From: Candidatus Nomurabacteria bacterium | GTDB lineage: Bacteria > Patescibacteriota > Minisyncoccia > Phycocordibacterales > UBA9973 | Reading direction: 5' to 3' | Assembly (NCBI GenBank): GCA_023267435.1 | Contig: JAHFNH010000005.1 | Coordinates: 1 to 51,604 of the forward strand | Length of the DNA: 51,604 nt | Shown: piece after piece, positions 24,274-34,557 of the stretch | Layout of the letters: each line of letters starts with the position of its first letter | Numbering within the stretch: the first letter of the stretch is position 1 | Position numbers and translations under genes: made by a program | The notes under the pieces: generated by a model | What the model saw: only the letters and a program-made list of their open reading frames with translations | What the model was told of the DNA's origin: nothing | The model's database searches: none

Positions 24274-27200
24274 ATGCAAACAGAAGTGAAGCGTCCGAAG
24301 AAGTATTTCTCAAGACACAAGAAAGCCCTCGTGGACTTTCCTAACTTGATCGAAACACAAGTAAAATCTTTTAAGTGGCTAGTCGAAAACGGAATCAAAG
24401 AAGTTTTCAAGGAATTTTCTCCAATAGCAGATTATTCTGGAAAGAAATTTCAATTGGAATTTTTATCTTTCTCTCTAGGCGAGCCGAAGTGCGATGAAAA
24501 TTATGCGAAAGTAAATAAACTCTCATACGAAGGGCTTCTTAAGGCGCGCGTAAAACTGACAAATAAAGTTTTAGGAACTATCAAGGAACAGGAAATTTTC
24601 ATGTCAGAGCTTCCCTTGATGACAAATCATGGAACTTTCATAATAAATGGAGTCGAACGCGTCATAGTGCCACAGCTTGCGCGTTCTTTCGGCGTTTTCT
24701 TTACAGAATCTGAAAGCAAAGGCAAAAGATATTTTGGTGCAAAAATAATTCCCGCACGCGGAGTTTGGATTGAAATAGAATCTGAAGCTGATGGTGCGAT
24801 TTATATAAGAATGGACAAGAAGAGAAAGTTTCCAGCTACTGCTCTTTTGCGCGCAATGGGTTACCATACCAACGAAGAAATTCTAAAAGCTTTTGGTAAA
24901 AACCAAACCTGGACTGAAGCTATTAATGCATGTTTAGCAAAAGATCCAGCTAAATCTTTAAATGATGCCTATATTGATATATATAAACGCTTGAGAGATG
25001 GTGACATGGCGACAGCTGATAATGCAAAAGAATTTATAAATTCTTTATTTACCTCAGAAAGATACGACCTTTCTCCTGTTGGACGTTTCAGGTTCAATGG
25101 TCGCTTTGAAAAATCAATGGAGGAGACTGAACTTGCTCGCCGAACAATATCTAAAGAAGATTTGGTAACAGTGATTACAAATATCATTGATTTAAATAAT
25201 ACTCCCGGTGCAAAGGCGGACGATATTGACCACTTAGGTCAGAGACGTGTGCGTTTCGTTGGTGAAATGCTTCAACAAAAAATCCGCACTGGTATGATGC
25301 AGATCAAAAGAAATATTCAAGATAGAATGTCTACGATTGATGTTGACACTGCTTTGCCTATTCATATCATCAATCAGCGCCCAATGCAGGCTCGTATAAA
25401 AGAATTCTTTACCACCAACCAATTGTCTCAATTTATGAACCAAGAAAATGTCTTGGCTGAAATGGAACACATACGATTACTTTCCGCTCTCGGTCCTGGA
25501 GGTCTAACTCGTGAACGTGCCGGACTAGAAGTTCGTGATGTGCACCCTTCACACTACGGAAGAATTTGTCCTATTCATACTCCGGAAGGTCCAAACATCG
25601 GTCTTATCGTGCACCTTTCTACTTATTCTAAAATAAATGATTTCGGAATAATTGAAACTCCTTACATAAAAGTTAAGAATGGAAAAATTACTGGTGAAGT
25701 AGTTTATTTAAATGCATTAGATGAAGAAAAATATAACATTGCTCATGCTGGTATTCCTTATGACGAAGCAACTGGAAAAATAACAGAAGAAAAAGTTGAA
25801 GCTCGTCTCAAGACTCAACCAGGTTTGATTGATCGTGACAAGGTAGACTTTATCGATGTAGCGACAAACCAAGCTTTCTCTATTGCGACTTCTATGATTC
25901 CTTTCTTGGAACATAACGATGCTAACAGAGCACTCATGGGATCAAACATGCAGAAACAAGCTGTTCCTTGTGTTTTGCCGGAAGCACCTTTAGTTGCGAC
26001 TGGTATTGAAGAATTAGCTTCACGTGATTCAGGTAGATTAGTTTTGTCTGAAGAAGACGGTGTTGTTACTTATGTTGATTCTAAAAAAGTAATTATTAAG
26101 GGAAAGAATGAAAAGACTTATGAATTAGTAAGCTTTTTGAGAAATAACAACTTTTCCGCATTCCACCAGCGTCCAGCTGTAAATATGGGTGATAAAATAA
26201 AGAAAGGTGATGTCTTAGCAGATACGACAAGTACTGTTGATGGTCAGGTTTCTATCGGGCAAAATATTTTTGTTGCATTCTTGTCTTGGTCTGGAGCTAA
26301 TTACGAAGACGCTATTATTGTTTCAGAAAGATTAGTTAAGAAGAGTAAATTTACCAGTATTTACGTTGAAGAATTCGTTTGTGTAGTTCGCGATACAAAG
26401 CTTGGACCCGAAATTACAACTCGTGATATTCCGAATGTCGGAGAACTTAAACTTAAAGATTTGGACGAAGACGGTATTGTTCGTGTTGGAGCAGAAGTTC
26501 GCGAGAATGATATTTTGGTGGGTAAGATTACTCCAAAAGGAGAGACTGAATTAACTCCAGAAGAGCGTTTGCTTCGTTCGATCTTTGCTGAAAAGGCTCG
26601 TGATGTGAAAGATGCATCTTTAAGAATGGAACACGGAAAGCGTGGACGTATTACTGGCGTGAAAATTTTCTCTCGCGATATGGGTCACTCTCTTGAAGCA
26701 GGAATAATAAAGAAAATTGTTATTGAAGTCGCTCAGGTTAGAAATATTTCAGTCGGTGATAAACTTTCCGGAAGACACGGAAACAAAGGTGTTATCTCGA
26801 CAATTCTTCCAGAAGAAGATATGCCTTACATGGCAGATGGTACTCCTGTGGATATTATTCTTTCTCCACTTGGTGTTCCTTCTCGTATGAACTTGGGACA
26901 GATTTTGGAAATACACTTAGGTATGGCAGCTAATACTTTGGGCTATCAAGCCATTGTTCCGCCTTTCTTGGGAGCAAAAAATGAAGAAGTGAAAGAAGAG
27001 TTGAAGAAAGCTGGATTCCCAGAAACAGGAAAGGTAAAACTTTTTGATGGACGCACTGGAGATGCTTTCGAACAAGATGTTGCGATTGGGTATATGTATA
27101 TGTTGAAACTGCACCACATGGTGGAAGATAAGATACATATGCGTTCGATTGGTCCGTACTCATTGATTACTCAGCAGCCATTGGGAGGAAAGGCTCAAGG

Positions 27201-27462
27201 CGGAGGACAGAGATTCGGAGAAATGGAAGTCTGGGCGTTGGAAGGATACGGTGCCGCTTATGCACTTCGAGAAATGCTTACTATAAAGTCTGACGATATA
27301 CTTGGTCGATCTGCTACTTTTGACTCGATTATTAAGAATGAGACTATTAAACAACCAAATTCTCCCGCATCATTTAATGTGATGCTCAATTATTTGAGAG
27401 GTCTTGCTCTTGATGTGGATTTGAAAAAATATTCAGATAAAGATTTAGAAGGAAAAAATTAA
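24274..27462 (+). CDS. rpoB: DNA-directed RNA polymerase subunit beta
   Basis: Hallmark blocks FMNQENVLAEMEHIRLLSALGPGGLTRERAG, GRHGNKGV and GGQRFGEMEVWALEGYGAAY. Confidence 0.98.
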   Translation: MQTEVKRPKKYFSRHKKALVDFPNLIETQVKSFKWLVENGIKEVFKEFSPIADYSGKKFQLEFLSFSLGEPKCDENYAKVNKLSYEGLLKARVKLTNKVLGTIKEQEIFMSELPLMTNHGTFIINGVERVIVPQLARSFGVFFTESESKGKRYFGAKIIPARGVWIEIESEADGAIYIRMDKKRKFPATALLRAMGYHTNEEILKAFGKNQTWTEAINACLAKDPAKSLNDAYIDIYKRLRDGDMATADNAKEFINSLFTSERYDLSPVGRFRFNGRFEKSMEETELARRTISKEDLVTVITNIIDLNNTPGAKADDIDHLGQRRVRFVGEMLQQKIRTGMMQIKRNIQDRMSTIDVDTALPIHIINQRPMQARIKEFFTTNQLSQFMNQENVLAEMEHIRLLSALGPGGLTRERAGLEVRDVHPSHYGRICPIHTPEGPNIGLIVHLSTYSKINDFGIIETPYIKVKNGKITGEVVYLNALDEEKYNIAHAGIPYDEATGKITEEKVEARLKTQPGLIDRDKVDFIDVATNQAFSIATSMIPFLEHNDANRALMGSNMQKQAVPCVLPEAPLVATGIEELASRDSGRLVLSEEDGVVTYVDSKKVIIKGKNEKTYELVSFLRNNNFSAFHQRPAVNMGDKIKKGDVLADTTSTVDGQVSIGQNIFVAFLSWSGANYEDAIIVSERLVKKSKFTSIYVEEFVCVVRDTKLGPEITTRDIPNVGELKLKDLDEDGIVRVGAEVRENDILVGKITPKGETELTPEERLLRSIFAEKARDVKDASLRMEHGKRGRITGVKIFSRDMGHSLEAGIIKKIVIEVAQVRNISVGDKLSGRHGNKGVISTILPEEDMPYMADGTPVDIILSPLGVPSRMNLGQILEIHLGMAANTLGYQAIVPPFLGAKNEEVKEELKKAGFPETGKVKLFDGRTGDAFEQDVAIGYMYMLKLHHMVEDKIHMRSIGPYSLITQQPLGGKAQGGGQRFGEMEVWALEGYGAAYALREMLTIKSDDILGRSATFDSIIKNETIKQPNSPASFNVMLNYLRGLALDVDLKKYSDKDLEGKN

Positions 27463-27480
27463 TATTTTAAAATAATAATT

Positions 27481-30400
27481 ATGAAAACTTTAAACACAAC
27501 TGAATTTGATCACATTACACTCAAGCTTGCATCTCCTGAGCAAATTAAGGAATGGTCCTATGGAGAAGTCACCAAGCCTGAAACTATAAACTATCGTACA
27601 GGCAGATCTGAACGCGGAGGTCTTTTTGACGAGAAAATATTCGGTCCGGAAAAGGATTATGAATGTTACTGTGGAAAATATCGCCGAATTCGTTACAAAG
27701 ATATTATCTGTGAAAAATGTGGAGTGGAAGTTACTCGCTCCATAGTGCGCCGAGAAAGAATGGGGCATATCGAGCTTTCAACACCTGTTTCTCATATCTG
27801 GTTCTTGCGCGGAGTGCCGTCTAGAATGAGTATACTTCTTAATATACCTGTTTCTGATTTAGAAAAAGTAATTTACTTTGCTGGATATATCATCACTAAA
27901 GTTCATGAAAGTGAAAAAGAAGACATTCTTCAAAATCTAGACAAAGAATATAAGGCTAAATTGAAAAATTCTGCCGATGATGAAACTCGTGAGAAATTGA
28001 AATCTTTGCTTTCTACTACCAAAAAAGAAATTGGAGAAATTTATGAAGGAAAAGTTCTAAATGAAATTTCTTTCCATCATTACTCTTTGAAATACGGTAC
28101 TTGTTTTGAGGCAAATATCGGTGCCGAAGCTATTTATTCTATCTTTAAAAACTTAGATTTAAACAAACTTAAAGTTCACACTGAAGCGATGATTGAAAAG
28201 GCAAGTGCTGTGGAAAAAGAAAAGTTGCAAAAAAGACTTTCTCTTATTCGCGCTATGACTTATGCAAAAGTAAGACCAGAATGGATGTTTCTTACTGTTA
28301 TTCCAATTATTCCACCAGTGCTTCGCCCTATGGTTGCTCTTGATGGAGGAAGACATGCTACTTCTGATTTGAACGATCTTTATCGCCGAGTTATAAACAG
28401 AAACAACCGTCTAAAGAAATTGAAAGAGATCAACGCGCCAGACGTAATTCTTAGAAATGAAAAAAGAATAATTCAGGAAGCAGTCGATGCGCTTATCGAT
28501 AATTCTATCGCAAAGCAAAATGATAGTGTCGCTATGAGTCAATCTCAAAAGAGAGCTCTTAAGTCATTGTCTGATAACTTGAAATCAAAACAAGGTCTTT
28601 TCCGTCAAAACTTGCTTGGTAAGCGCGTGGACTACTCAGGACGTTCTGTTATTGTCGTCGGTCCTCAGCTCAAACTTAATCAATGCGGATTGCCAAAACA
28701 TATGGCATTGGAACTTTTCAGACCATTCGTAATTTCTAAAATTTTACAGGCTGAATTAGCATTCAATATCCGCGGAGCAAACAAGCTTATCGAGGAACGC
28801 ACACCAGAAGTTTGGGCAATGCTTGAAGAAGTTATTCAGGGAAAATATGTTCTCTTGAACCGTGCACCTACTTTGCACCGCTTAGGTATTCAAGCTTTCA
28901 ATCCTATCCTTATTGAAGGAAATGCTATTCAGGTTCATCCACTTGTTTGTCAGGCTTTCAATGCCGACTTCGACGGAGACCAGATGGCTGTTTACGTACC
29001 TCTTTCAGAAGAAGCACAATGGGAAGCAAAAGAATTAATGGCTGCAAACAAAAACTTGTTGAAACCACAGAATGGTGATCCGATCGTGCACCCAAGTAAG
29101 GATATGGTTCTAGGATCTTATTGGATGACCAAAAACGTTGATGGAGAAAAAGGAGAAGGAAAATATTTCTCAAGTCCAAACGCCGCTGTTACAGCTTATG
29201 AATATGGCGTAGTAGGATTCCGTGCAAAGATAAAAGTCTTGGCAACTGATACTCCTAAATATAAAAAATTTGGCGAAGAACTTTTTGACACATCTGTAGG
29301 AAAAATTCTTTTCAATAGTATTTTGCCAAGTGATTTCTCTTATATCAATGATGAAATGACCCAAGGAAGAATATCATCTCTAGTTGATGAACTTATCATG
29401 CATTACGGAATAGATGAGACTCCTTCAATCTTGGACAAGATAAAAGCTTTCGGATTCAAATATTCGACAGTCTCCGGTACAACTTGGGGTTTGGATAATG
29501 TTAAAGTTCCAGTTGAAAAACCAAAAATTATTGCAGCCGGTAAAAAATTAGAAGAAGAAGTTATTTCTCAATGGAGCGATGGTCTTCTTTCTGAAGAAGA
29601 AAAATATCAGAAGATTATTGAAATCTGGACACATGTTAAGAAAGAATTGGAAAAAGTCTTGCCTGGTACTCTTGATAAAAATGGTTCCACTTATGACTTG
29701 TTTACCTCTAAAGCAAGAGGAAACATGACATCTCTCAGTCAGATGACCGGTATGAAGGGACTTATTCAGAACAACCAAGGAAAAACTTTGGAATTCCCAA
29801 TTATTCCTTGTTACCAAGAAGGTCTTTCTCCAATCGAATATTTCGTTACTACGCACGGTGCTCGTAAGGGTGCCTCCGATACTGCCCTAAACACAGCTAA
29901 AGCTGGATACTTAACTCGTAGATTGGTGGATGTTGCTCAGGATGTTGTTATTACCGAAGAGGATTGTGGAACAAAAGATGGAAAAACAGTGACTCGTGAA
30001 AATATTTCCGGAATCGAAATTCCTTTGTCAAAAAATATCCGTGGACGTATTTTGGCGGGAGATTTGAAAGATGCAGATGGAAAAGTTATTTACAAAAAGG
30101 GATTCTTGGTTACCAAAGAAGAAGCATACAACATTGAAGGTGCAGGCTTTACTGAAGTATTCGTACGCTCTCCTTTGACATGTAAAACAGTCCACGGACT
30201 TTGTCAGATGTGTTACGGATTGGATCTAGGAAGAAATCATTTAGTTGATTTAGGAGAAGCTGTCGGTATTATCGCCGCTCAAGCTATCGGTGAGCCGGGT
30301 ACTCAGCTTACACTTCGTACCTTCCATGCCGGAGGTGTCGCAGGAACAGATATCACCACAGGTCTTCCTCGTATTGAAGAAATTTTCGAAAGAAGAATCC

Positions 30401-31092
30401 CAAAGAATCCAGCAATAATTTCAGAAACTGATGGTGAAGTTATTGAAGTTAAGAGCAAGAATGACAAAGAAAAAACAATTAAAGTTCTTTCTGATTCAAA
30501 AGTTGACGGTAAGGCAAATGAAATAGAATATACTGCTCCATTTCGTAGAATACCGATAGTCAAAGCAGGTGATAGAGTTAAGAAAGGTGAGCTTCTGACT
30601 GATGGATCCGCGGATATTGCAGAAATATTTAAATTCGGAAGCAAGGAACAAGTTGAAGAATATATCATCCGGGAAATTAATAAAGTTTATGAACTTCAAA
30701 GTGCCTCAATTTCCAGAAAGCACACTGAAATAATTATTCGCCAGATGTTCTCACGCAGAAAGATAAAAGATGCCGGCGAGACAAATTTCTCAGCGGGTGA
30801 CATAGTAGAAAGCAGTGCATTGATCGAAGAAAATATCAGAATAACCAAAGAGGGAGGAAAAGAAGCCAAGGCAGAAATAGTCGCATTGGGTATTACAGAA
30901 GTTTCTCTACGTACAAAGAGCTGGCTTTCAGCTGCATCTTTCCAAAACACAAACCGTGTTCTTATTGAAAATGCTATCAAAGGCGGAGTTGATTCATTAC
31001 GAGGACTAAAAGAAAACGTTATTATTGGACGATTAATTCCAGCTGGAACTGGCTTCAATAAACAAGCAGTTCTTCCAATCGCAGAAGAATAA
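27481..31092 (+). CDS. rpoC: DNA-directed RNA polymerase subunit beta'
   Basis: Zn finger CYCGKYRRIRYKDIICEKCGVEV, catalytic NADFDGDQMAV, and trigger-loop/bridge-helix blocks. Confidence 0.98.
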   Translation: MKTLNTTEFDHITLKLASPEQIKEWSYGEVTKPETINYRTGRSERGGLFDEKIFGPEKDYECYCGKYRRIRYKDIICEKCGVEVTRSIVRRERMGHIELSTPVSHIWFLRGVPSRMSILLNIPVSDLEKVIYFAGYIITKVHESEKEDILQNLDKEYKAKLKNSADDETREKLKSLLSTTKKEIGEIYEGKVLNEISFHHYSLKYGTCFEANIGAEAIYSIFKNLDLNKLKVHTEAMIEKASAVEKEKLQKRLSLIRAMTYAKVRPEWMFLTVIPIIPPVLRPMVALDGGRHATSDLNDLYRRVINRNNRLKKLKEINAPDVILRNEKRIIQEAVDALIDNSIAKQNDSVAMSQSQKRALKSLSDNLKSKQGLFRQNLLGKRVDYSGRSVIVVGPQLKLNQCGLPKHMALELFRPFVISKILQAELAFNIRGANKLIEERTPEVWAMLEEVIQGKYVLLNRAPTLHRLGIQAFNPILIEGNAIQVHPLVCQAFNADFDGDQMAVYVPLSEEAQWEAKELMAANKNLLKPQNGDPIVHPSKDMVLGSYWMTKNVDGEKGEGKYFSSPNAAVTAYEYGVVGFRAKIKVLATDTPKYKKFGEELFDTSVGKILFNSILPSDFSYINDEMTQGRISSLVDELIMHYGIDETPSILDKIKAFGFKYSTVSGTTWGLDNVKVPVEKPKIIAAGKKLEEEVISQWSDGLLSEEEKYQKIIEIWTHVKKELEKVLPGTLDKNGSTYDLFTSKARGNMTSLSQMTGMKGLIQNNQGKTLEFPIIPCYQEGLSPIEYFVTTHGARKGASDTALNTAKAGYLTRRLVDVAQDVVITEEDCGTKDGKTVTRENISGIEIPLSKNIRGRILAGDLKDADGKVIYKKGFLVTKEEAYNIEGAGFTEVFVRSPLTCKTVHGLCQMCYGLDLGRNHLVDLGEAVGIIAAQAIGEPGTQLTLRTFHAGGVAGTDITTGLPRIEEIFERRIPKNPAIISETDGEVIEVKSKNDKEKTIKVLSDSKVDGKANEIEYTAPFRRIPIVKAGDRVKKGELLTDGSADIAEIFKFGSKEQVEEYIIREINKVYELQSASISRKHTEIIIRQMFSRRKIKDAGETNFSAGDIVESSALIEENIRITKEGGKEAKAEIVALGITEVSLRTKSWLSAASFQNTNRVLIENAIKGGVDSLRGLKENVIIGRLIPAGTGFNKQAVLPIAEE

Positions 31093-31097
31093 AAAAT

Positions 31098-32846
31098 ATG
31101 AACTCTCCCGTTCAAAAAATTAAGGAGAGGCTTTCAATCGAAGAAGTAGTCTCTTCCTATATGACCCTTATTAGGGTAGGCTCGAACTTAAAAGGTAGGT
31201 GTCCTTTTCACAACGAGAAGACACCGTCCTTTTTCGTGTCGACAGACAGGGGAAATTACTATTGTTTCGGTTGTGGTGCAAAAGGGGACATATTTACTTT
31301 CGTGGAAGAATTTGAAGGTTTAGATTTCAAGGGAGCTTTAAAACTTCTTGCAGATCGAGCCGGAGTTCCTCTTGAGAATTACAATCCAAAAGAGGAGAGT
31401 GAGAAAGAAAAATTATACAGAGCGATGGATGAATCGACTAAATATTTTTCGGATAATTTATTGAAAAATAAAGAAGCATTGGAGTATCTAAAGTTGAGAG
31501 GATTGAAAGATGAATCTATAAAAGATTTCAGAATTGGTTTTGCAAAAAATGACTGGCGTGAGCTATATTTTCATCTGCAGAAAAAAGGTTTTACCGATAT
31601 GGAAATAGAGAAAGCTGGTCTCGCTAAAAAATCAGAAAAAGGTTTTTATGACAGATTTAGAGGTCGCATTATGTTTCCTATTTCTGATTCCAGTGGACGC
31701 GTGATTGCTTTTTCAGGCAGATTGTTTATTGATGATGGTAAATCAGCTAAATACTTAAATAGCACTGATACACCAATTTTTAGCAAATCATCCGTGCTTT
31801 ATGGGTTAGACAAAGCAAAGGAATCAATTCGCAAGAATAATTTTTCTATTTTAGTTGAAGGTCAGATGGATTTGGTTTTGTCGCATCAAGCAGGATTCAA
31901 AAATACCATTGCTGCTTCTGGTACAGCATTTTCAGATACGACTGTTACAAAAGAAAATGTTGTATCAAATTTAGGATTAGTGCGTAGATTGTCTGATAAT
32001 ATTGTATTGGCTTTTGATGCTGATAAGGCTGGGCTAAGCGCTTGTGATCGTGCTGGTAAGATTGCTTTATCTTTAGGTATGGATGTGAAGGTTGCTTCTA
32101 TGCCGGAAGGTTTTGATCCGGCAGATTTAATCTCAAAAGAAGGTCCGGATGCGTGGCGTTCCAGTATTAGGAATTCTAAGCATATAGTAGAATTTCTTTT
32201 AGACAAAGTTATAAAAAGTTCTGGGGGTGATACACATAAGGCAGGAAGGGTAATAAAAGAAAAGATCTTGCCTTATGTGGAAGCACTTTCAAGTTCGATT
32301 GAAAAAGCTCATTTTATCAAGAAAATAAGTGATGCATTAGGTATTCCTGAAAATGCATTGAAAGATGACTTAAAAAAAATAGAACAAGAAATAAAGTTTG
32401 AAAAGAAAGAGATAAAAGAGATTAAAAATATAGAGAATAAAGTTTTTAGAAAAGATTATATTGAGCGCAGATTGTTGGGAATTATTCTTTGGCAGAAAAC
32501 TCTTTCAAAACAAGCGATTAATGTCGGAAAAACATTAGAAGAACTTGCTAAAATTTTAAATACAACAGAAGGTGATATTTTAGAAAAAGTAAAAGACAGC
32601 GCAGAAGATTTTATTTTTGAAGCTGAAGTATTTTATGGAGAAGATATAAATTTAGAAAAAGATGTTCGAGAATTGTTGAGTAATTTAAAAGAAGAATATT
32701 TAGAAGAAGAGTTGTTTAAAAAAAGACGTGAATTGCATATAGCGGAAGAGAAAAAAGATTTAGATAAAGCAACTCAAATTTTTAAAGAAATAAATGAAAT
32801 AGTAAATAAAATACAAGATATTAAAAGCGGTCGTTCTAATAAATAA
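31098..32846 (+). CDS. dnaG: DNA primase
   Basis: Zn ribbon CPFHNEKTPSFFVS..YYCFGCGAKGD and a TOPRIM block (EGQMDLV..FDADKAG). Confidence 0.95.
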   Translation: MNSPVQKIKERLSIEEVVSSYMTLIRVGSNLKGRCPFHNEKTPSFFVSTDRGNYYCFGCGAKGDIFTFVEEFEGLDFKGALKLLADRAGVPLENYNPKEESEKEKLYRAMDESTKYFSDNLLKNKEALEYLKLRGLKDESIKDFRIGFAKNDWRELYFHLQKKGFTDMEIEKAGLAKKSEKGFYDRFRGRIMFPISDSSGRVIAFSGRLFIDDGKSAKYLNSTDTPIFSKSSVLYGLDKAKESIRKNNFSILVEGQMDLVLSHQAGFKNTIAASGTAFSDTTVTKENVVSNLGLVRRLSDNIVLAFDADKAGLSACDRAGKIALSLGMDVKVASMPEGFDPADLISKEGPDAWRSSIRNSKHIVEFLLDKVIKSSGGDTHKAGRVIKEKILPYVEALSSSIEKAHFIKKISDALGIPENALKDDLKKIEQEIKFEKKEIKEIKNIENKVFRKDYIERRLLGIILWQKTLSKQAINVGKTLEELAKILNTTEGDILEKVKDSAEDFIFEAEVFYGEDINLEKDVRELLSNLKEEYLEEELFKKRRELHIAEEKKDLDKATQIFKEINEIVNKIQDIKSGRSNK

Positions 32847-32852
32847 AAAAAC

Positions 32853-34112
32853 ATGAAGAAAAAAACAAAAAACAAAAAAATAGATAAGAAAAAGAAAATC
32901 GCCTCAACGGCGATCCGCCGAGGAGGCGGAAAGGCCATCAAAAAAACAGTAAAGAAAGTGGTAAAGAAGATTGCAAAGAAACCAGTAGTGAAAAAAGTAG
33001 AAAAAATAGAAAAGGTAAAAGAAGTTAAATTAACCGCTGCAGAAAAGAAAGCAAAAGAACTTGCTCGTCTTTCCGATGAGCTTTTAGAGAAAGGACGTAA
33101 GAGAGGTTTCATAACATATGACGAGATATTAAAAACTTTTCCTGATATTGAAAACAATATTCTCTTTCTAGATGATCTTTATGAAAAATTAGGAGTTGCC
33201 GGTATTGATGTGTTGGAAGGAGGAAACTTACTCAATCTTGATCTTGATGTCAACGATAAGGATTTAAATAAATCCAGCCTTCATGATTCTATTCAGATGT
33301 ATTTGAAAGAAATAGGCCAGTATCCGCTGATTTATGCGAGTGATGAAAAAGATCTTGCGAAGCGCATTGAAAAAGGTGACTTGGAAGCGAAGAATTTATT
33401 AGCTCGTGCAAACCTTCGTCTTGTTGTTTCTATTGCGAAAAAGTATGTCGGTAGAAGTGCAGACTTAACCTTGCTAGATCTTATTCAGGAAGGAAACTTG
33501 GGACTTTTCAAAGCAGTTGAGAAGTTTGATTGGACTAAGGGTTATAAATTCTCTACTTATGCTACTTGGTGGATTCGCCAGTCTATCACTCGTGCTTTGG
33601 CTGATCAATCTAGAACTATCAGAATTCCAGTGCACATGGTTGAAACTATTTCTAAATACAAGCAGGTGCACCGCAGGCTTAGTCAGGATTTGGGCCGTGA
33701 GCCTCTAGCTGAAGAGATAGCGACAGAAATGGGTATCACTGTCGAAAAGATTCACGTCATTGAAAATATTAGTCAGGAGACCATTTCTCTCGAACAGCCA
33801 GTCGGTGATGACGATGATAAATCAACTCTTGAAAACTTTATTCCGGATGATAAGATTTTGCGTCCCGATCAAGAATCTTCTCGTAGAATTCTTTCTGATC
33901 AGATTCGTGAAGTGCTAGATGAGCTTAATCCAAAAGAAAGAAAAATTCTTGAAATGCGTTATGGTTTGCTCGACGGTATACAGCATACTCTGGAGAGAGT
34001 AGGAGAGGAGTTCAATGTTACTCGTGAACGTATTCGTCAGATCGAAGCAAAAGTGCATGAAAAACTTCGCCAGAATGAAAAGATTTCAAGACTTAAAAAC
34101 TACTTTGATTAA
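32853..34112 (+). CDS. rpoD: primary-type sigma-70 factor with Lys-rich N-terminal extension
   Basis: Regions 1.2-4.2 are recognisable ([40 protein letters not shown]; [20 protein letters not shown]). The first ~70 aa are extremely basic. Confidence 0.95.
   Translation: MKKKTKNKKIDKKKKIASTAIRRGGGKAIKKTVKKVVKKIAKKPVVKKVEKIEKVKEVKLTAAEKKAKELARLSDELLEKGRKRGFITYDEILKTFPDIENNILFLDDLYEKLGVAGIDVLEGGNLLNLDLDVNDKDLNKSSLHDSIQMYLKEIGQYPLIYASDEKDLAKRIEKGDLEAKNLLARANLRLVVSIAKKYVGRSADLTLLDLIQEGNLGLFKAVEKFDWTKGYKFSTYATWWIRQSITRALADQSRTIRIPVHMVETISKYKQVHRRLSQDLGREPLAEEIATEMGITVEKIHVIENISQETISLEQPVGDDDDKSTLENFIPDDKILRPDQESSRRILSDQIREVLDELNPKERKILEMRYGLLDGIQHTLERVGEEFNVTRERIRQIEAKVHEKLRQNEKISRLKNYFD
32900..32928 (+). 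other. GC-rich nested hairpin embedded in the Lys-rich 5' part of rpoD
   Basis: cgcctc (32900-32905) pairs with gaggcg (32923-32928), enclosing cggcg (32908-32912) paired with cgccg (32916-32920). It encodes [13 protein letters not shown] inside a poly-Lys tract. Confidence 0.5.
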
Positions 34113-34135
34113 TAAGTTTTAATAAGAAGATTAAT

Positions 34136-34163
34136 AAAAAGCCTTACTTTGTAAGGCTTTTTA
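34136..34163 (+). terminator. intrinsic terminator after rpoD
   Basis: agcctta/taaggct stem followed by a T-run. Confidence 0.8.
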
Positions 34164-34320
34164 TTCTTGACTTTTGCTACAATATATGATACACTTTAGT
34201 AAGTTAATTGGCTCTTCGAAATAAGGTTTTTTTGTTTAAATAGTTGATTGTCTTGAGCCCGCAAATTTTTGTGTGTTCTTAAATAATCAATTATTTTCTA
34301 ACAATTAAAATATAAATAAA

Positions 34321-34488
34321 ATGAAAAATTCTAAGATTCTTATTTTAGTAATGTTGTCAATAGCATTATCCATTAATGGGGTAGAACTATATACTGAGTT
34401 TAGTTCGTTTCATTTGTTTTGCGTTATTTTTGGATTTTTTCTATTCGTTATCATTTTGACAGATTCAATCCTTGATGCAAAGAAATAA
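34321..34488 (+). CDS. possible small membrane protein (55 aa)
   Basis: ATG..TAA ORF, hand-translated as MKNSKILILVMLSIALSINGVELYTEFSSFHLFCVIFGFFLFVIILTDSILDAKK. Two hydrophobic helices. Lies between a TTGACT-N17-TACACT element (34167-34195) and a terminator. Confidence 0.35.
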   Translation: MKNSKILILVMLSIALSINGVELYTEFSSFHLFCVIFGFFLFVIILTDSILDAKK

Positions 34489-34506
34489 TTAAGTATTTAA
34501 TCAAAA

Positions 34507-34545
34507 CAAAAATCCCGAACAAATAAATGTACGGGATTTTTTATT
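34507..34545. terminator. bidirectional intrinsic terminator
   Basis: aatcccg/cgggatt stem flanked by an A-run and a T-run. Confidence 0.7.
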
Positions 34546-34557
34546 TTGTCTATTTGG

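Noticed and set aside
24604-31115. Tracked antisense ORFs within rpoB and rpoC, including a 139-aa ORF at 30696-31115.
   Set aside because: They overlap highly conserved, unambiguous core genes on the opposite strand. They have no promoter or RBS features and no recognisable motifs.
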